Origin: Sphyrna mokarran
Lineage: Eukaryota
NCBI GenBank assembly: GCA_024679065.1
Contig: JAGIQG010000023.1
Span: forward strand, 24,366,001 to 24,430,000
DNA: 64,000 nt
Reading direction: 5' to 3'
The translations under genes and the position numbers were made by a program. The notes below the pieces were generated by a model. That model was not told the DNA's origin. It saw only the letters and a list, made by a program, of their open reading frames with translations, and made no database searches. This document shows, piece by piece, positions 1-13,224 of this stretch; positions within the stretch are counted from its first letter, which is position 1; every line of letters begins with the position of its first letter.

Positions 1-357
1 TTCCATCTGCCATTCATCAGCCCACTGGCTCAATTGACCAAGATCCCATTGCAATCATTCCTTCACTGTCCACTACGCCACTAATCTTGGTGTCATTTGC
101 AAACTTACTAACTGTGTCTCCTAAATTCTCATCCAAATCATTAATATAAATGACAATTAACAGTGGAAGTAATACAAATCCCAAAGGCACACTGCAATTC
201 ACAGAATTCCAGTTTGAAAACCAACCCTCTACAACCATTCTCTGTCCTTTGTCATCAAGCCAATTTTGTACCCAATTGGCTACTTCACCCTGGATCCTGT
301 GGGATTTAACCTGATGCATCAGTGGCACCTTGTCAAAGGTCTTGCTAAAGTCCATAA
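1..357 (-). mobile_element. CR1 LINE reverse-transcriptase fragment (degenerate, runs off window start)
   Basis: ORF 17..367 gives DFSKTFDKVP...NWL...QRMVV...IYINDLDE...SKFANDTK, the CR1 RT motifs also seen intact at 24820..25881. Confidence 0.9.
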
Positions 358-680
358 AGGAGCTCATTGTGATTTACTAAAACAGAAGGATTTGGGGATT
401 TCAAATCAAAACTAGCCCACCTTTAAACTTGCCCATGTTTGATTTTAATAGCCAGAGAGGGATCAATCTGTTGTCAGGACGTAGCAGGTCGATTGGTAAA
501 ATCATTTAGGAGCTCCGGTTGGCTCCATTTTAGCATAATTTCGCCTGTAACCATGTTGACTGGGTTTCTCAGGGTTTGGGAAAAATAAATGGCAGGTTAG
601 AGAAGGAGAGAGGCCCATCAAGTTCTAGCAGTACTTTAATAACAGGATAAACAAGAGAGTTTCCTTCAGGCCACGTAAGA

Positions 681-681
<1 letters not shown>

Positions 682-724
<43 letters not shown>
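682..724 (+). repeat. (CA)n microsatellite, about 21 units
   Basis: Uninterrupted CA run. Confidence 0.98.
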
Positions 725-726
<2 letters not shown>

Positions 727-1214
727 ACGTTGATGATTGCACAGTTCCATCTCAATGATGTTGACATTTCAAAATATTCCTAAAAATTCAAAATCTGAAG
801 GAGTGAGGATTCACACTTCTAACAGTTAAAGTTTTGGTGCCAGAGACATTGATTAGCCATTATTAGCATCTATCATATTTTTTAGGAGTACTTATGATTG
901 TCACAGAAAAGCTACACTGTCTTTGACAAGGTTAGCTGGCAGTTAATGGACAAGTATCACAAGTTTCTGAATAAAATACAAGGAAACAAGGACTAACATG
1001 CCATTTTTTCGAAGTGAGCAGCAAAGTATCAGAGCTCAAAAAAAATTTTGGATATTTTCTTGTCCAGCCTCTTGTACCCTTAGTAGACATAATCTGATCT
1101 ATAAATCTGTTATGTCTACCAATTCACATATCATTCCTGTGCTTAGTGATGTATATTAGTTCCTGACTCGGCAATATCAATTTTAACGTGATTGTAAAAT
1201 GGTACATCTGCATT

Positions 1215-1840
1215 GTCTGGTCCCTCCCTATTTCTAATCTCCTTCAACCGTCTGAGATATCTGTGCTCTTCAAATTATAGCCTTGTGAGCATCCCTCATT
1301 TTAATTGCACTGCTATTGGTAATGGTACATTCAGCTGCTTAAAGTTTTTTTTAGTTCATTTATTAGGGTCACAAGTAGGCTTACATTAACGCTACAATAA
1401 AGTTACTGTGAAAATCCCCTAGTCACCATCTGTTCAGGTACGCTGAAGGGGAATTTAGCATGGCCAATGCACCTAATCAGCAAATTTTTCACATTGTGGA
1501 AGGAAACCAGAGCATCCAGAGGAAACCCACACAAACGTTATCTGCACAGATAGTGACCCAAGCCAGGAATCAAACCCGAGTCCCTGGCGCTGTGAGCTGA
1601 CAATGCTAACCATTGTGCCACTGTGCTGCTTACATAATTAGCTCTAGCACTCATTTCCCAAACCTTTCTACTTCTACCACTTTCCCCCTTTGAAACACTT
1701 ATTAAAGTCTAATTTTTAGCTAAACTTTTGATCATATGTCAATATCCCCGGTAGCTTGGTGTCAATCTTCGTATTTTCCTGTCAAGCCCCTTGGGACAGT
1801 TTACTTTGTTAAAAGTGCAGTATGAATGCAAATTATTATA
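1215..1840 (+). mobile_element. Old L2 LINE 3' end, split by a SINE insertion
   Basis: L2-like 3' sequence on both sides of the SINE (ccctccctatttct...ttcagctgc, then ...gccccttgggac...gttaaaagtgcagtatgaatgcaaatta). Recognised from family resemblance only. Confidence 0.55.
1358..1628 (-). mobile_element. HE1-type V-SINE with the alternative (type B) tail
   Basis: Reverse complement has a tRNA-derived head (A box tggcacaatgg, B box gggtttgattcc), V-domain ttggccatgctaaatt, and tail ggggattttcacagtaac...cttgtgaccctaataaa. Confidence 0.9.
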
Positions 1841-2039
1841 TTCATATTTAACTGTTTCTGGTCACTAAAATAAGTTGATATACCATTTACCCATTGATAA
1901 CAATAAATGCCACTAGTCTTGCCATAGCAATTCTGATTCAGTAAGCTGGGAAATCACAGATTCCAAAGGATGAGGCATTGATATATCTTAGATGATGTGT
2001 CTTATTATTTCTGGTGCTCTTTGAGACACAATGGAGCCT

Positions 2040-2800
2040 TGGAGCCTCTTGGATAGAGAATCTGGTGAAATGGTGCAATGACAATAATCTCTTCCTCAAT
2101 GACAGTAAAATGAAAGAGCTAATCATTGACTTCAGCAAACTTAATGGAGGACATGCCCCTGTCTATATCAATGGTGATGAAGTGAAAATGGTTGAGACCT
2201 TCAAGTTTTTTGGTGTTTAGATGACCTAAAACCTGTCCTGGTCCTTCTATGCCAACACCATAGTTAAGAAAGCCCACCAATGCCTCTACTTTCTAAGGAA
2301 ATTCATCATGTCCACCATTTTCACAATTTTCTTACAGATGTGCCATAGAAATGGCTCCTTCTCTGACCAAGACCACAAGAAACTACAAAGTATTGTGAAC
2401 ATAGCCCAGTCAATCACACAAACCAGCCTCCCATCCATTGACTCCATCTACACTTCTTGCTGCCTCAAAAAAGCAGCCAGCATAATCAAGGACCCTACAC
2501 ACTCCAGACATTCTCTTTCCATCTTTTTTCATCAGGAAAAAGATACAAAAGTCTGAGATCATGTACCAACCGACTTAGGAACAGCTTCTTCTCTGCTACC
2601 ATCAGACTTTTGAAAGGACTTTTCGTACATTAGGTTGTTCTTTCTCTTCACTCTAATGGTAACTGTAACACTATATTCTGCACCCTATCCTTTCCTTTTC
2701 CCCTATGTACTGTATGAACCCAATGGTAGGTTTTGTCTGTATAGTGTGCAGGAAACAATACTTTCAATGAATCCCAATACATATGACAATAATAAATTAA
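2040..2800 (+). mobile_element. Rex1/Babar LINE, 5'-truncated RT C-terminus and 3' UTR
   Basis: WCNDNNLFLNDSKMKELIIDF...VETFKFFGV, then NLSW...KKAHQCLYFLRK and KKAASIIKDPTH. Ends tgacaataataaattaaa. Contains stops and frameshifts. Confidence 0.85.
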
Positions 2801-3048
2801 AAAAAAATCACTCAGGGGCTTAGTGGATACCACTATAGTTTCACTAGAAGAAGCTGGTTGTGCAAGTTAAAATAATATGTGGTCTTTCAGATGCCTCAAT
2901 TTCAGATTTGCTGCTTTCGATCAATTACTTTAGAGCACCAAATTTTAAAATGACTGTATCTCTCACTTCTGCCAAGAACAAGTCTAGTCAAATGCCAGGT
3001 TAGTGTGCAGAGGCAGCAAATAAATAGCAAAACTAATAAAATAATATT

Positions 3049-3378
3049 GGGCAGCATAGTGGCCTGTTGTCTCACAGCTCCAGGGACCCGGTTTGATTCC
3101 TGGCTTGGGTCACTGTCTGTGTGGAATCTGCATGTTCTCCCTGTGTCTGCCTGGGTTTCCTCTGGATGCTCCAGTTTCCTCCCACTGTCCAAGCTGTGTG
3201 GGTTAGGTTGATTGGCCATGCTAAATTGCCCCTTAGTGTCCCGGGATGTGTATGTTAGAGGGATTAGTAGGTAAATATGTGGCTTTCAGGGGATAAGGCC
3301 TGGATGGGATTGTAGTTGGTGCAAACTTGATGGACCAAATGGCCTCCATCTGCACTGTAGAGATTCTATGAATATGAT
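3049..3378 (+). mobile_element. HE1 V-SINE with CR1-derived (type A) tail
   Basis: tRNA-like head gggcagcatagtgg...ggtttgattcc, V-domain, and tail gatggaccaaatggcctccatctgcactgtagagattctatg matching the CR1 3' ends in this window. Confidence 0.92.
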
Positions 3379-5005
3379 TTATTTTGAGGCGAATTAAATA
3401 TAAGAATAGAGAGAAGCTTGCAGGTGAGCCCAGCACTCAGGGAGAGAGGACCATGCCAGGTTAGCACCAAGGGATGCCAATGGTGTCAAGATAGTGTCAG
3501 GATGATACTGGGGTGCACCTGTATGGAGATTGCTTACTGGTGTGCTTGCTGTGCACTAAACTTGCCTTTAAAAAAAGGTGCATACAACATCAAATCACTG
3601 CTTTGATGATGGTTTGAAAGAATCAGAAACTGCCCACCAGCGATATAATAAGGAACACATGTCTGCATTTTTGTTCACCATCCCGCAGGATGTAGCAAAA
3701 AAAAAAGCTTGATGGCTTTGATGCCTAGCACTAACCTTCACCAATATTGGAGAAAATCTCACCCAAAGTTTACAATGAGATATTGTGACTCACTGTGGTC
3801 ACTGACATCTGGGTGGATTGTTGAGATATCTGTGGAGCCTGTATTGGTCATCTCTGCTCTTTAATGTGCAGTGTGGTATGTTCAGAAAAACAGTTTACCT
3901 GCCAATTCATATTTCCCTCATTTTAATTCTGAACTTTAGAGCAGAAGATGGATCTTTGAGATTGTTTTACTTTTCTGAATTCGTACAGTAAAATTAATTT
4001 TGCTTATTTAAAATTGTGGAACTTGTTTCTTCATTCTCTTATTGAATAATCAGAATTTCAAACATTGCCAACTTAAAATAAAATGTTACTGATCCCTAAA
4101 CAGATCTAACAATATGTTGTATTAACTGCTTTGCCACCATGAAGATTTTACTAATATATTTAAAAACTTACAAGAACAAAACTCTATTTACTTGTTCTAA
4201 AAATTAAGATTTTCTTGCCTTAGCTATTGGAAGTTGCTAATGATTCCCTTGGTGTGCTTTGTATTTCAAAGGCCATTTATCATACAATTCTCATAGCCGG
4301 TGTGACTAATATACCCATTTCACTCTTTAATATATTATCAGAAAGCATCAGCATTCATCCTTGTGACAAATTGCTTAATTTTAATTAAGACAGCACAATT
4401 AATCCTTGGACCTCTCTGCTTGGGAGGGTGATTTTGCTCGAGAGATAATTTTATTGGCCAAATTATGAACGATTAAACAATGGAAGATTTGTTAGTTAAT
4501 TGTATCTTTTGAATAAAATGTAATGCATTCATCACAATTATGCAGAACTATTAAACATTTCCTTCAATTATACCAAAGTACAATAGAGGCTACAATTTAA
4601 CTGTTGCTAATTTATATAAAAGACTTTTACAATTTACAATTTTCAGAAAAACTTGCAACATTTTGGATAATAAATTGTGTACAGTATCCTATTTTCTTTT
4701 CAATGTATCATCGGACTTAGCTGACATGGTGAAAGTATTCTATAGAAGAAGCAAAAGTAACAGATTTAACATGCTGATTTTGTTTAATAAACGACCCAAT
4801 CATTACATTTTGCACAAATGGCTGCATAAAGGTTGCAATGACAAGCAGATATTGGCATTAGAAAAAAGTGATAATAAATCTATCAGTTCTGTTAATATAT
4901 TCAATTTGTGTGACTGTTGGACTACAAAAGAACCTTCCTATCTCATCCCTTCATCTCTTTAATTTATCTACATTTGTAGAGATTTCCAAAAGGATGATGA
5001 GAGTA

Positions 5006-5299
5006 TGGGGGGACTTTTCCCATTTGGTCCACCATGGGAATTATAACAGGAGGTGAGGGTGGGGGTGGAGCAGGGGGATTGAGGGGGGAGCAGGGGAGGG
5101 AACCACGCCCATTGACCTTGGGCGGGATTTTCCAGTTTTGGGACGATTGCGGCTGGAGGATCCCACTCTATCGGTGGAATTCTCCGGCCACGCTGGTCTA
5201 AAAGCTGGAAATTCCCACCTGACCATCAATGGCATTTCATATACTCCACAAGCTGCCCATTAAAATTCCTGTGGCAGGTGGGATGGGAGAATTCCAGCC
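5006..5299. mobile_element. Short Harbinger-type MITE or nested MITEs
   Basis: Ends ggggacttttccc ... ggagaattccagcc and internal gggcgggattttcc resemble the TIR family of the element at 7522..11612. Related pieces at 20922-21005, 21688-21810, 33380-33580, 41437-41550 and 63371-63497. Confidence 0.55.
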
Positions 5300-5732
5300 A
5301 ATATATTTTAAAGAATTAATGCATTCCATTGAGCTCACTTTTTCTCCTGATTCTGAATTTTCAATGAGGCATTGACTTTTATGGCTTTTCCTCCCAAATG
5401 TTCCCATTTACAGCTCATGTTTTTGAAATATTTTTTAAAATGTTAGCGTTATAAACATAACACTGGGTTCTCTGAATCTGGACAACTGTAACATTAATTA
5501 GGAAAGTACTATTCTCCAACATTATGGTGAGCATTGACCATTTGACTTCTTCAGTACAAGGCATTGATGCAATGAGTTCCTGTTCGATCCTGAATGGTCT
5601 GGTGGAATAATTTAGAGGCCAATTCCTGTTTTATTCAAATAGCAATTAAGATTTCACCTAAAAACAACTCTCATAACTAAAGGAAAGTTAATAGGGATGA
5701 CCTGATAGATGAGTAGTTAGATTGTAGTAGGG

Positions 5733-6088
5733 GAGCGATGGTCAAGTGGTATTATCGCTCAGCTATTAATCCAGATAATGTTCTGGGGACCCAGGTTCGA
5801 ATCCTGCCATGACACATGAGTGGAATTTGAGTTCAGTAAAGGTATCTGGAATTAAGAATCTATTGGTAACCATGAAATCATTGTCGTTGATTGTTGAAAA
5901 AACCCATCTGGGTCATCAGTGTCTTTTGACAAAGGAAATCTGCCATCCTTATCTGATCTGGTCTACATGTGACTCCAGAGCCACAGCAATGCAGTTGACT
6001 CTCAAATGTCCTTCAAGGGCAACTAGGAATGGGCAATAAATGCTGGCCAGCTAGCAACACCCATGTCTACAAATGAATTAAAAATAAA
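5733..6088 (+). mobile_element. tRNA-derived SINE family 2, tail shared with the LINE at 52950..54225
   Basis: Head with B box ggttcgaatcc; tail gggcaactaggaatgggcaataaatgctggccag...atgaattaaaaa. Other copies at 18331-19375(-), 26256-26560(+), 59540-59910(+) and 61310-61745(-). Confidence 0.85.
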
Positions 6089-6572
6089 ACCAGTAATTCC
6101 CTCCAATTCAGAGAACGTAACCTTGCAGTAGATCTATGGAATATCTTGCAACTACTGAGGAGAACTGGCACTGACATTACAACAATATTAATTGCCAGCC
6201 CCATGAAGAATTTCTGCTGTCTGCACTTTTGAATGACTTTATAAAAATGCATTTTTATGGAATGGAATTTGGCGATGGCTCTAGAATACATTTATTCAGC
6301 AACTAGTATTTTATCTTTTCAAGTTTATATATCATCTAAGGCTTAAGATGCCGACAGGGAATTGAAAACTTCTGAGTGACAAAGACTCCAACTGTAAGAA
6401 AAATGAGTACAGATAAGGATGGGAACTATGGCTGGAATATACAAAATACTCTTATAAATTGAAAGATAACAGACAACTCCTATTTCCATGAATGGGAAAA
6501 ATATATCAAGATTTATCTTTATATCTACAATTTAATATGTGATAGTGCAACACAAAGCTACTCCAACAAGGT

Positions 6573-7105
6573 ATTGATTTGATTTATTATTGTCACGTAG
6601 TGGGACACAGTGAAGAAAGTGTTGTTTCCTGGATGCCATACAAATAAAGCATACTATTCATAGAGTACATACGGGAGAAGGAAAGGGGAGGTTGCAGAAT
6701 GTAGTGTTACAGTCATAGCTAGGGTGTAGGAAAAGAACAACTCAATATAAGGTAGGCGAAAATCTGGTCGCAGCAGAGAAGAAGCTGTGTTTGAGTCGGT
6801 TGGCACATGACCTCAGACTTTTGTATGATTTTCTCGATGGAAGAAACTGGAAGAGAGTATTGTGGGTTACATGGGGTCTTTGATTATGCTGGTTGTTTTT
6901 CTGAGGCAATGGGAAGTGTAGACAGGATCAATGGATAGGAGGCTGATTTGTGTGATGGACTGGGCTTTGTTCATAATATTTCATAGTTTCTTGTGGTCTT
7001 GGTCAGAGCAGGGGCCAAGCTGTGATACATCCAAAAAGGATGTTCTCTACGGCACATCTTAAAAATTGGTGGGAATCATAGCAGAGATGCTGAATTTCCT
7101 TAGTC
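6573..7105 (-). mobile_element. Rex1/Babar LINE 3' fragment
   Basis: Reverse-complement homologue of 2290-2800, beginning attgatttgatttattattgtcac (the Rex1 tail). Confidence 0.8.
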
Positions 7106-7756
7106 AAGCCTATCAGCAGCAACATAACTCTTCTCAAGCACATTAAGGATTGAGCAGGATAAGAGTGTTATTAATCATAACACTTTTATCATTTGATAAC
7201 ACTTAACGTGGTGATGAAATATGATAGTGTTAATTATTGTAGAAATAACACATACTTGACCGAAATCAACATAATCTGAACCTGTCGACACAATTAAAAA
7301 TTTTAAATCTATTCTCATTAGGTAGATACTTATCTTCATCACCAGACCTCTAATTTGATGAAGTGAATTATCTACCTGTTCTGGAAGCTGTCCAAATGTC
7401 TTTCCAAAAATTTATCCCAGACTCCACAACTCAGCCTTAGTTACATCTCACTTATTTGCAACACAAACAATGTCGCATTCAATGTTCAGGATTATAGCAC
7501 AGTCACATATTTAAATATACAGGGTGGAATTTTCCTACCAAAAATGGCAATCTTGGTGCAAAAACTGATGCAATTCCCACCAGCCCCAGCAATAGGATCT
7601 GGACCACACAATTTTTAGGCATTTAAGATAAAAAAAATTCCCCTGTGCCTGAGGAGTGAAGTGTCTGATTCGCCCGTCTCCTGGGGTCATCTGCCTATTT
7701 CAATTAAGCTGCATTTAAACAACTCCAGAGCACTTGATCTCATTCAAATCAGGAGG

Positions 7757-9410
7757 ATGGCAGTGAGGAAGCTTGCTCCTTGACTCACTGAGGGGCTCCT
7801 CACTCTTATTAGTGGATGCAATTGGGAGTCAAGCAGAAATATACCCTTGGGCTGGCAGGAGACTCTCCAGCAAAATAACAAATGTCCGCTGGGTGACAGC
7901 CACAGCACTGGGGTCAGTGTCAGCAGCCTGCACAAGAGAGTGGGGGTCAGAAGAAGATGAATGACCTACTCTGTTCTGCCAGGGGTAAGTGTTCCCCGTT
8001 TTCTCTGTGCTCCAACTTACCGTCACCCTTCAGAATGTCATCTCGATCCCACGTGCTGTCACTTCGCAAATCGCCCAGCATCTGGCCTCCCACAAGCTTC
8101 CTCACACCCCTGGAACTGACCAGTACTGCTCTCTGCTTGCACACCGTGCCTACACATGCCAGGTTTCAACCATCAATATCTGACCGCTAGCCAGCCAGAT
8201 TTGAGTTCCTGCAGGATAAGCTTGTCCACAACCATGAGGAATGAAAGAAGACGAGCAGTGAGATGCCCAGGTTTATGATCCTGACTCCATTTGAGCAATG
8301 AGCTCTACAGCTCCAGAGGAGAAGCAGGAGTGGGCCTGTGCGAAGGAAATGATGGGCCTGCAAGAGAAAAATGAGTGCCCATGGCAACTTTATTCAAGTG
8401 ACCAGACTCATGAGTTCTGTGTATCTCAGACCATTGATCTGGCTATGTACGAATATCTTTCCTTGCAGGAACATATCTGATCAACCTGGCCCGTCCCACC
8501 GACCAACCTCAACACAACTTCAGAGAAAATGTCAGGAGCATCACAGCTGTCATTGCAGAGACACACACCTCTGTGTGTGATCTTAGCAAGTAGGCTTCTG
8601 GGGTCACACTTTGGTCAGCACCATATAGCTGCTGATGCACATTAGCTGGAGGCAGGAACATCCCAGAGATCGAACAGTCAGACATCTGCTGGATCACCGG
8701 ACTCAACTGTGCCCCAGCCAGGTTCCATGCCTCCAGATTTGTTTGTCCATCAGCTGCTGGAGATGCAAAGGCAAAGACAGGATTACCAGGAGGTAGCGTC
8801 AATGACATTCCTGCGACTGCAATTGGAGGAGTCCCTAAACCTTCTGTTCAGCATTGCATGGCATCCAGGCCAAAACTGCAAGGTGATGTCTGCTGTGGAA
8901 AGCCTGGGATTCGAGGTCAGATCTATGGCAGAAGGACCCCAAAGCATGGCTCATTCTCTGAGGACTGTGGCTGAGGGGTCCAACTGGTGCAGACACCGGT
9001 GGCCTCCAGAACGGGCAGTGACAAATGACGTTGAGGCTTCTGGAGCTTACACCAGCTGCCCTTCTGTCCAATGGAATAGACCAGGGTCAAGGAGCACTCA
9101 GAGGGAGGAGGATATGTTGGAGCACAGTCCAGAATCTCCTATCCAGAAGACTTGGGGAACACCCAGTCAATCTGAATCCCCTCCCCCCACCCTTTTTGAA
9201 ACTGGCACATCTCAGGCACAGGGGACAGAACACTGGTGCCACCAAGGATAAGCCGGGGTCCTCTAGGACTTGACCCTTCAGAGAACATCTGCCAAGAGCA
9301 TCTTACGCAACCTGGTTTGGAAGGCAGCAGTGCCACCTCCACCTCCGATGTGCATCCTGGGAACACAGCTAGATATAGTGGGAGGATTTGTATGGTTAAG
9401 GAACTATAGG
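7757..9410 (+). pseudogene. Harbinger Myb/SANT (trihelix-like) DNA-binding protein pseudogene, three exons
   Basis: Exon 1 7757-7984 MAVRKLAP*...LLVDAI...RW...KKMNDLLCSAR then GTAAGT donor. Acceptor ttcctgcag, exon 2 from 8215 DKLVHNHEE*KKT...ILTPFEQ*ALQL. Acceptor ttccttgcag, exon 3 from 8469 including ORF 8709..9251. Stops and frameshifts present. Confidence 0.7.
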
Positions 9411-9799
9411 GCACAGCATGGGAAGGGGTGAAGTTACGCACTAATAATTGGAGGATGTTGTCACTTGACACATTTTTATATGTCATTACCATGAACGTTA
9501 TCGTTGCTCACCACTTTAATGCCTCAGAATCTACCTCCGGTGGCAGGGAGCTTCTCCCCATTCCAACACAGCTTTTCTTACTGGGCCTCCATGCCTGAAT
9601 ATTCCAATTGCAATGAAAGGACTCAGGCATGGTTGAGTGATCTTGCCCCCTCCCCCCAATTCCCTTCCAAAGAGATGTAGGGCACTCAGACAAGAGTCAG
9701 GGAGTCAGCGTGCTGTCAGCAGCCAGACAGGAGTCAGATATAAGCAGTAGCTAAGGAGCATCACAGACCACGCCTCCCAACGAGTCATCATCACCCTCC

Positions 9800-10084
9800 T
9801 GTAGTCTTGATGCCCATAGTCCATAAGGACATGGTGCAGGTGTTATATACAGAATCTCCTTCGTGTGGTGACATCTTTGAGGGCAGATGATGTTGGACAC
9901 CTCCATGAAGGACACATGACTCTAATACAGTCTTGGTCTTCTTCAATGCCCCTGTGCCCCCTGCATAGCTGGTACGGCTTCCAGCTCCTGATCCTGTCCT
10001 GCAGGGTCTTCCCTAGATGATGCCACATGTTACTCCTTCAGAGAGTGATTAGTAAGATAGCCAGCTCCACCCTAATATTGATCA
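9800..10084 (-). pseudogene. Harbinger transposase N-terminal remnant
   Basis: Reverse complement resembles the + strand remnant at 48389-48720 (tccttcatggaggtgtccaacatcatctgcc...cacctgcaccatgtc), convergent with the Myb gene. No DDE core visible. Confidence 0.45.
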
Positions 10085-10251
10085 NNNNNNNNNNNNNNNN
10101 NNNNNNNNNNNNNNNNNNNNNNNNNNNNNNNNNNNNNNNNNNNNNNNNNNNNNNNNNNNNNNNNNNNNNNNNNNNNNNNNNNNNNNNNNNNNNNNNNNNN
10201 NNNNNNNNNNNNNNNNNNNNNNNNNNNNNNNNNNNNNNNNNNNNNNNNNNN
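10085..10251. other. Assembly gap, 167 N
   Basis: Run of n inside the Harbinger element. Confidence 1.
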
Positions 10252-12289
10252 CGCTGACCATCATTATCTCTCCCTTGACCTATTGGCCTTCCTGACCTGG
10301 GAGCAGCCAGTCTCTGAGCTTCGATAGCAACAAGTGTCTACTCACTGCTCAAGTGCCCTTCCATTCCCAGGCCATGACTGACCCCCGCCTATGCCTTCAG
10401 CCACTTAAACTCGCCTGTATACTCCCATTGGGGTTTCTCCTTCCATAGGTTCACTACCACATGTGTCATATGGGAGGGTCATATGCTCCCTCATCCCAAT
10501 TGGCCAAGGTCAACTTGGTAATTATGTCTCGGTAGAGAAATGACACCATTGGCACTTGATCCCGTGCCATCAAGCTTTGATCCCGGAATGATTCATGCCA
10601 TTCCTTGACTTTGAGACTGGGGGTAGTTGATATTGCTAATGGTTAACTCTTAATGAATACTATAACAAAATGAGTCTCGGGAATCATAGAGGGCACAATT
10701 GCTTTGTGCTTCAGGAAGAGCCACAGCTAATAACCACCTTTCTTAGTCAGACTGCATAATTCACAGATCTCATTGTTGTGATGCCTCAAGCAACCTGAAC
10801 AGCTACTCTATAGGTTGAAACCACCTTCACAACCCGGATGGCCAACTTGTTGCCTTCTCTTTCAGGATCTCATCCACTCAGCCCCTGAAGCCTAATTCTA
10901 TAACTCTCATCACACCCCATACCAAACCCCCATGTGACCCCGTAGCCGACCCAATCACAGGCTGTATACTCAACACAGAAAGTAAACTGATACAGAACAG
11001 AAAGCAAACTCCAGGATACTAATTGCAAACTCCATCCTGCACCGTGAGTAGAGCCTTATACCCCCAACAGCTGCCCTCCTGTTTCTGTCACCTCCCCGAC
11101 TCTCTCCTTTGGACCTGTCTGACCCATCCACCCCACTCCTCCACCTCTGTCCCCCTCTCTCCCCCACTACCAAATGAACACTCCCAACCTCCCCCATCCT
11201 GGAGTTGCCCAGCAGCCTCTAGTCTCCTGGACTCCCTGATACTCAGTGGAGATAGTGGTGCTTACTCACTTCCTTCCTCCCCCTCTCTCAGAGGTCATGG
11301 CACTTGGTTCTCACTTTTTAAAAACCAGTAATAAATGGTGCCAGTGTGATCTCATGCCGGGTGGGTTGGAAAATTCGATGAGGGCTGAAAATGTGATGTT
11401 AAGCCGAGTATGTCGATGCTAATGGATTCAAATTCACGTTAATCAAGTTTGCGCCCTTCTTGGGTGTGAACCTGTTCACATCACCAAGGAGGACCTGGGA
11501 AGATTGATTTTTAAAATCTTGCCAGTGCAAATCTCATGTTCGGTCTCTCGCAATATTTAGCTGCTATGATGAGATTCAAACCCACAATTAACAGGCCTGC
11601 TAAATTATGCCCACAGTCTATACCACTATAAGTTCCAGTGTTAAAGCTGTACCTTAGTGGCAATGAGTATAAAAGGATCTTTCTTAGTGTAAGTGTTTAG
11701 GATACTTCTGCCTTTCTTTGTGATGCTGGCCATGTCTAGAGTATCAGGAAGTTCTTCCTCATATACAGTAATTAATCTATGTTACAGACCATCAGGAAGT
11801 GTTGTCCAGCAAAACCTTTCAAAAAATAATGAGCTTCTTAGATGTTGAAAATAGCAGAATCTATTGAATGGATAAATTTAGATGAGATGAGTATGACCAT
11901 TGTCAGCTATAATTATATTATCCTGTCACATGTATAATATAGGAGATAGGTGAGTGTAACATATCAAAGGACAAGCATGTTTTGTAAGAATTAACCCATT
12001 AATTTTACTATCCCTTGATCTGTTTTTTAGTGAAATTTGCAGTAACCAAAGAAATGTACCTTGTTGTCATACAAAAGTGTCATTTGTTCATCTATCCATA
12101 TTGCCAATGCTCTTGGCTTCCATAGGTTGAACTTTTAATCACCTCACACATCTGACAGTGCATTATTTTGCCTGCAGCATTCTTCTATGTCAATTGATGA
12201 TATTCTTATTCATCCTATTTAACTTGGTTCACGAGACTCTGCCTTCCAACATTGGGCAATCCACGTCAATGTTAACCCATTTATTGCAT

Positions 12290-12635
12290 TCATAGAACTT
12301 CCAGAATGCAGATGAGGCCATTCAGCCCACTGAGTCTGCACTGACTCTCTGGCAAAGTGTTGTAGCCAGGCTGTCTCCTTCACCCTTCACAGTTACAATG
12401 GCTAATCCATCTAACCTACACATCTTGGGACACAAAGGAGTAATTTAGCATGGCCAATCAACCTAATCTGCACATCTTTGAACTGTGAGAGGAAACCAGA
12501 GCACCTGAAGGAAATTCATGCAGACACAAAGGGAACGTGCAAACTCCACATAGACAATCACCCAATGCTGGAATTGAACCTGGGTCCCTGGCACTGTGAG
12601 GTAGCAGTGCTAACCACTATGCCACTATGCCACAC
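12290..12635 (-). mobile_element. HE1 V-SINE, type A tail
   Basis: catagaa...gcagatgaggccattcagccc...tttagcatggccaatcaacctaa...gcagtgctaaccact. Confidence 0.88.
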
Positions 12636-13224
12636 ATTGTCGGGGTATTTTATTCTTTTGAATAAAACTGGGCATTAGTTGTGAAAAGTTTTCCTCTTTC
12701 ATTATCTGCTAATAGTCTTCAACGATACTGCCAACCAGGTTTCATTAGATGCTTGCTCACAATATATTCCCTTCATATTTTGTTTCACCTGATTAGATTG
12801 CAAAGATGTTCCATTTCAGCTACGGATGGCAAGGTGAAAAGGGATTCACATGATCATCAAAAAGGATTACTGTTTTTAATAACTATTCGCAAGAAAATTT
12901 GATTTGCTTAAGCTTCCCAGTTAGAGTTAGGAGTTGGACCAGAATTTCAGGTTCCGAATAGGCAAGAACAGAGTGATATGGTCCTGAAAATGATGAAGAA
13001 AGTCATACTGTCCCACTTCCATTGATGGTGCTACATAATAATCTTATTTCGCTAAGAGCCTTATGATAAGGAACATTTTATTGACAAAAAGGAAAGAATC
13101 AGGGAGAAATTAACTCTAATTTTAAGCAGACATACGGCATTTTGCGAACATGGTGATTCCAATCCCCTCACTCTGGAATCATCTCCTTCTTGGAACTTCA
13201 CATTTCAGCACTTTTACACATTAT

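Larger units (their letters stand above)
7522..11612. mobile_element. PIF/Harbinger DNA transposon (decayed two-gene element) with a 3-bp TSD
   Basis: Imperfect TIRs GGGTGGAATTTT (7522) and AAATTATGCCC (ends 11612), both flanked by ACA (7519-7521, 11613-11615). Contains a + strand Myb/SANT pseudogene and a convergent transposase-like remnant. Confidence 0.8.

Noticed and set aside
5057-5100. G-quadruplex-like G runs (also the C-rich tracts at 39940-40130 and 11120-11200)
   Set aside because: They lie inside Harbinger-type elements, where such tracts recur, and there is no independent sign of function.
8709-9251. 180-aa ORF as a domesticated host gene
   Set aside because: It lies within a TIR/TSD-bounded transposon whose upstream exons contain stops and frameshifts.
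10027-10264. ORFs spanning the N run
   Set aside because: Artefacts of the assembly gap.
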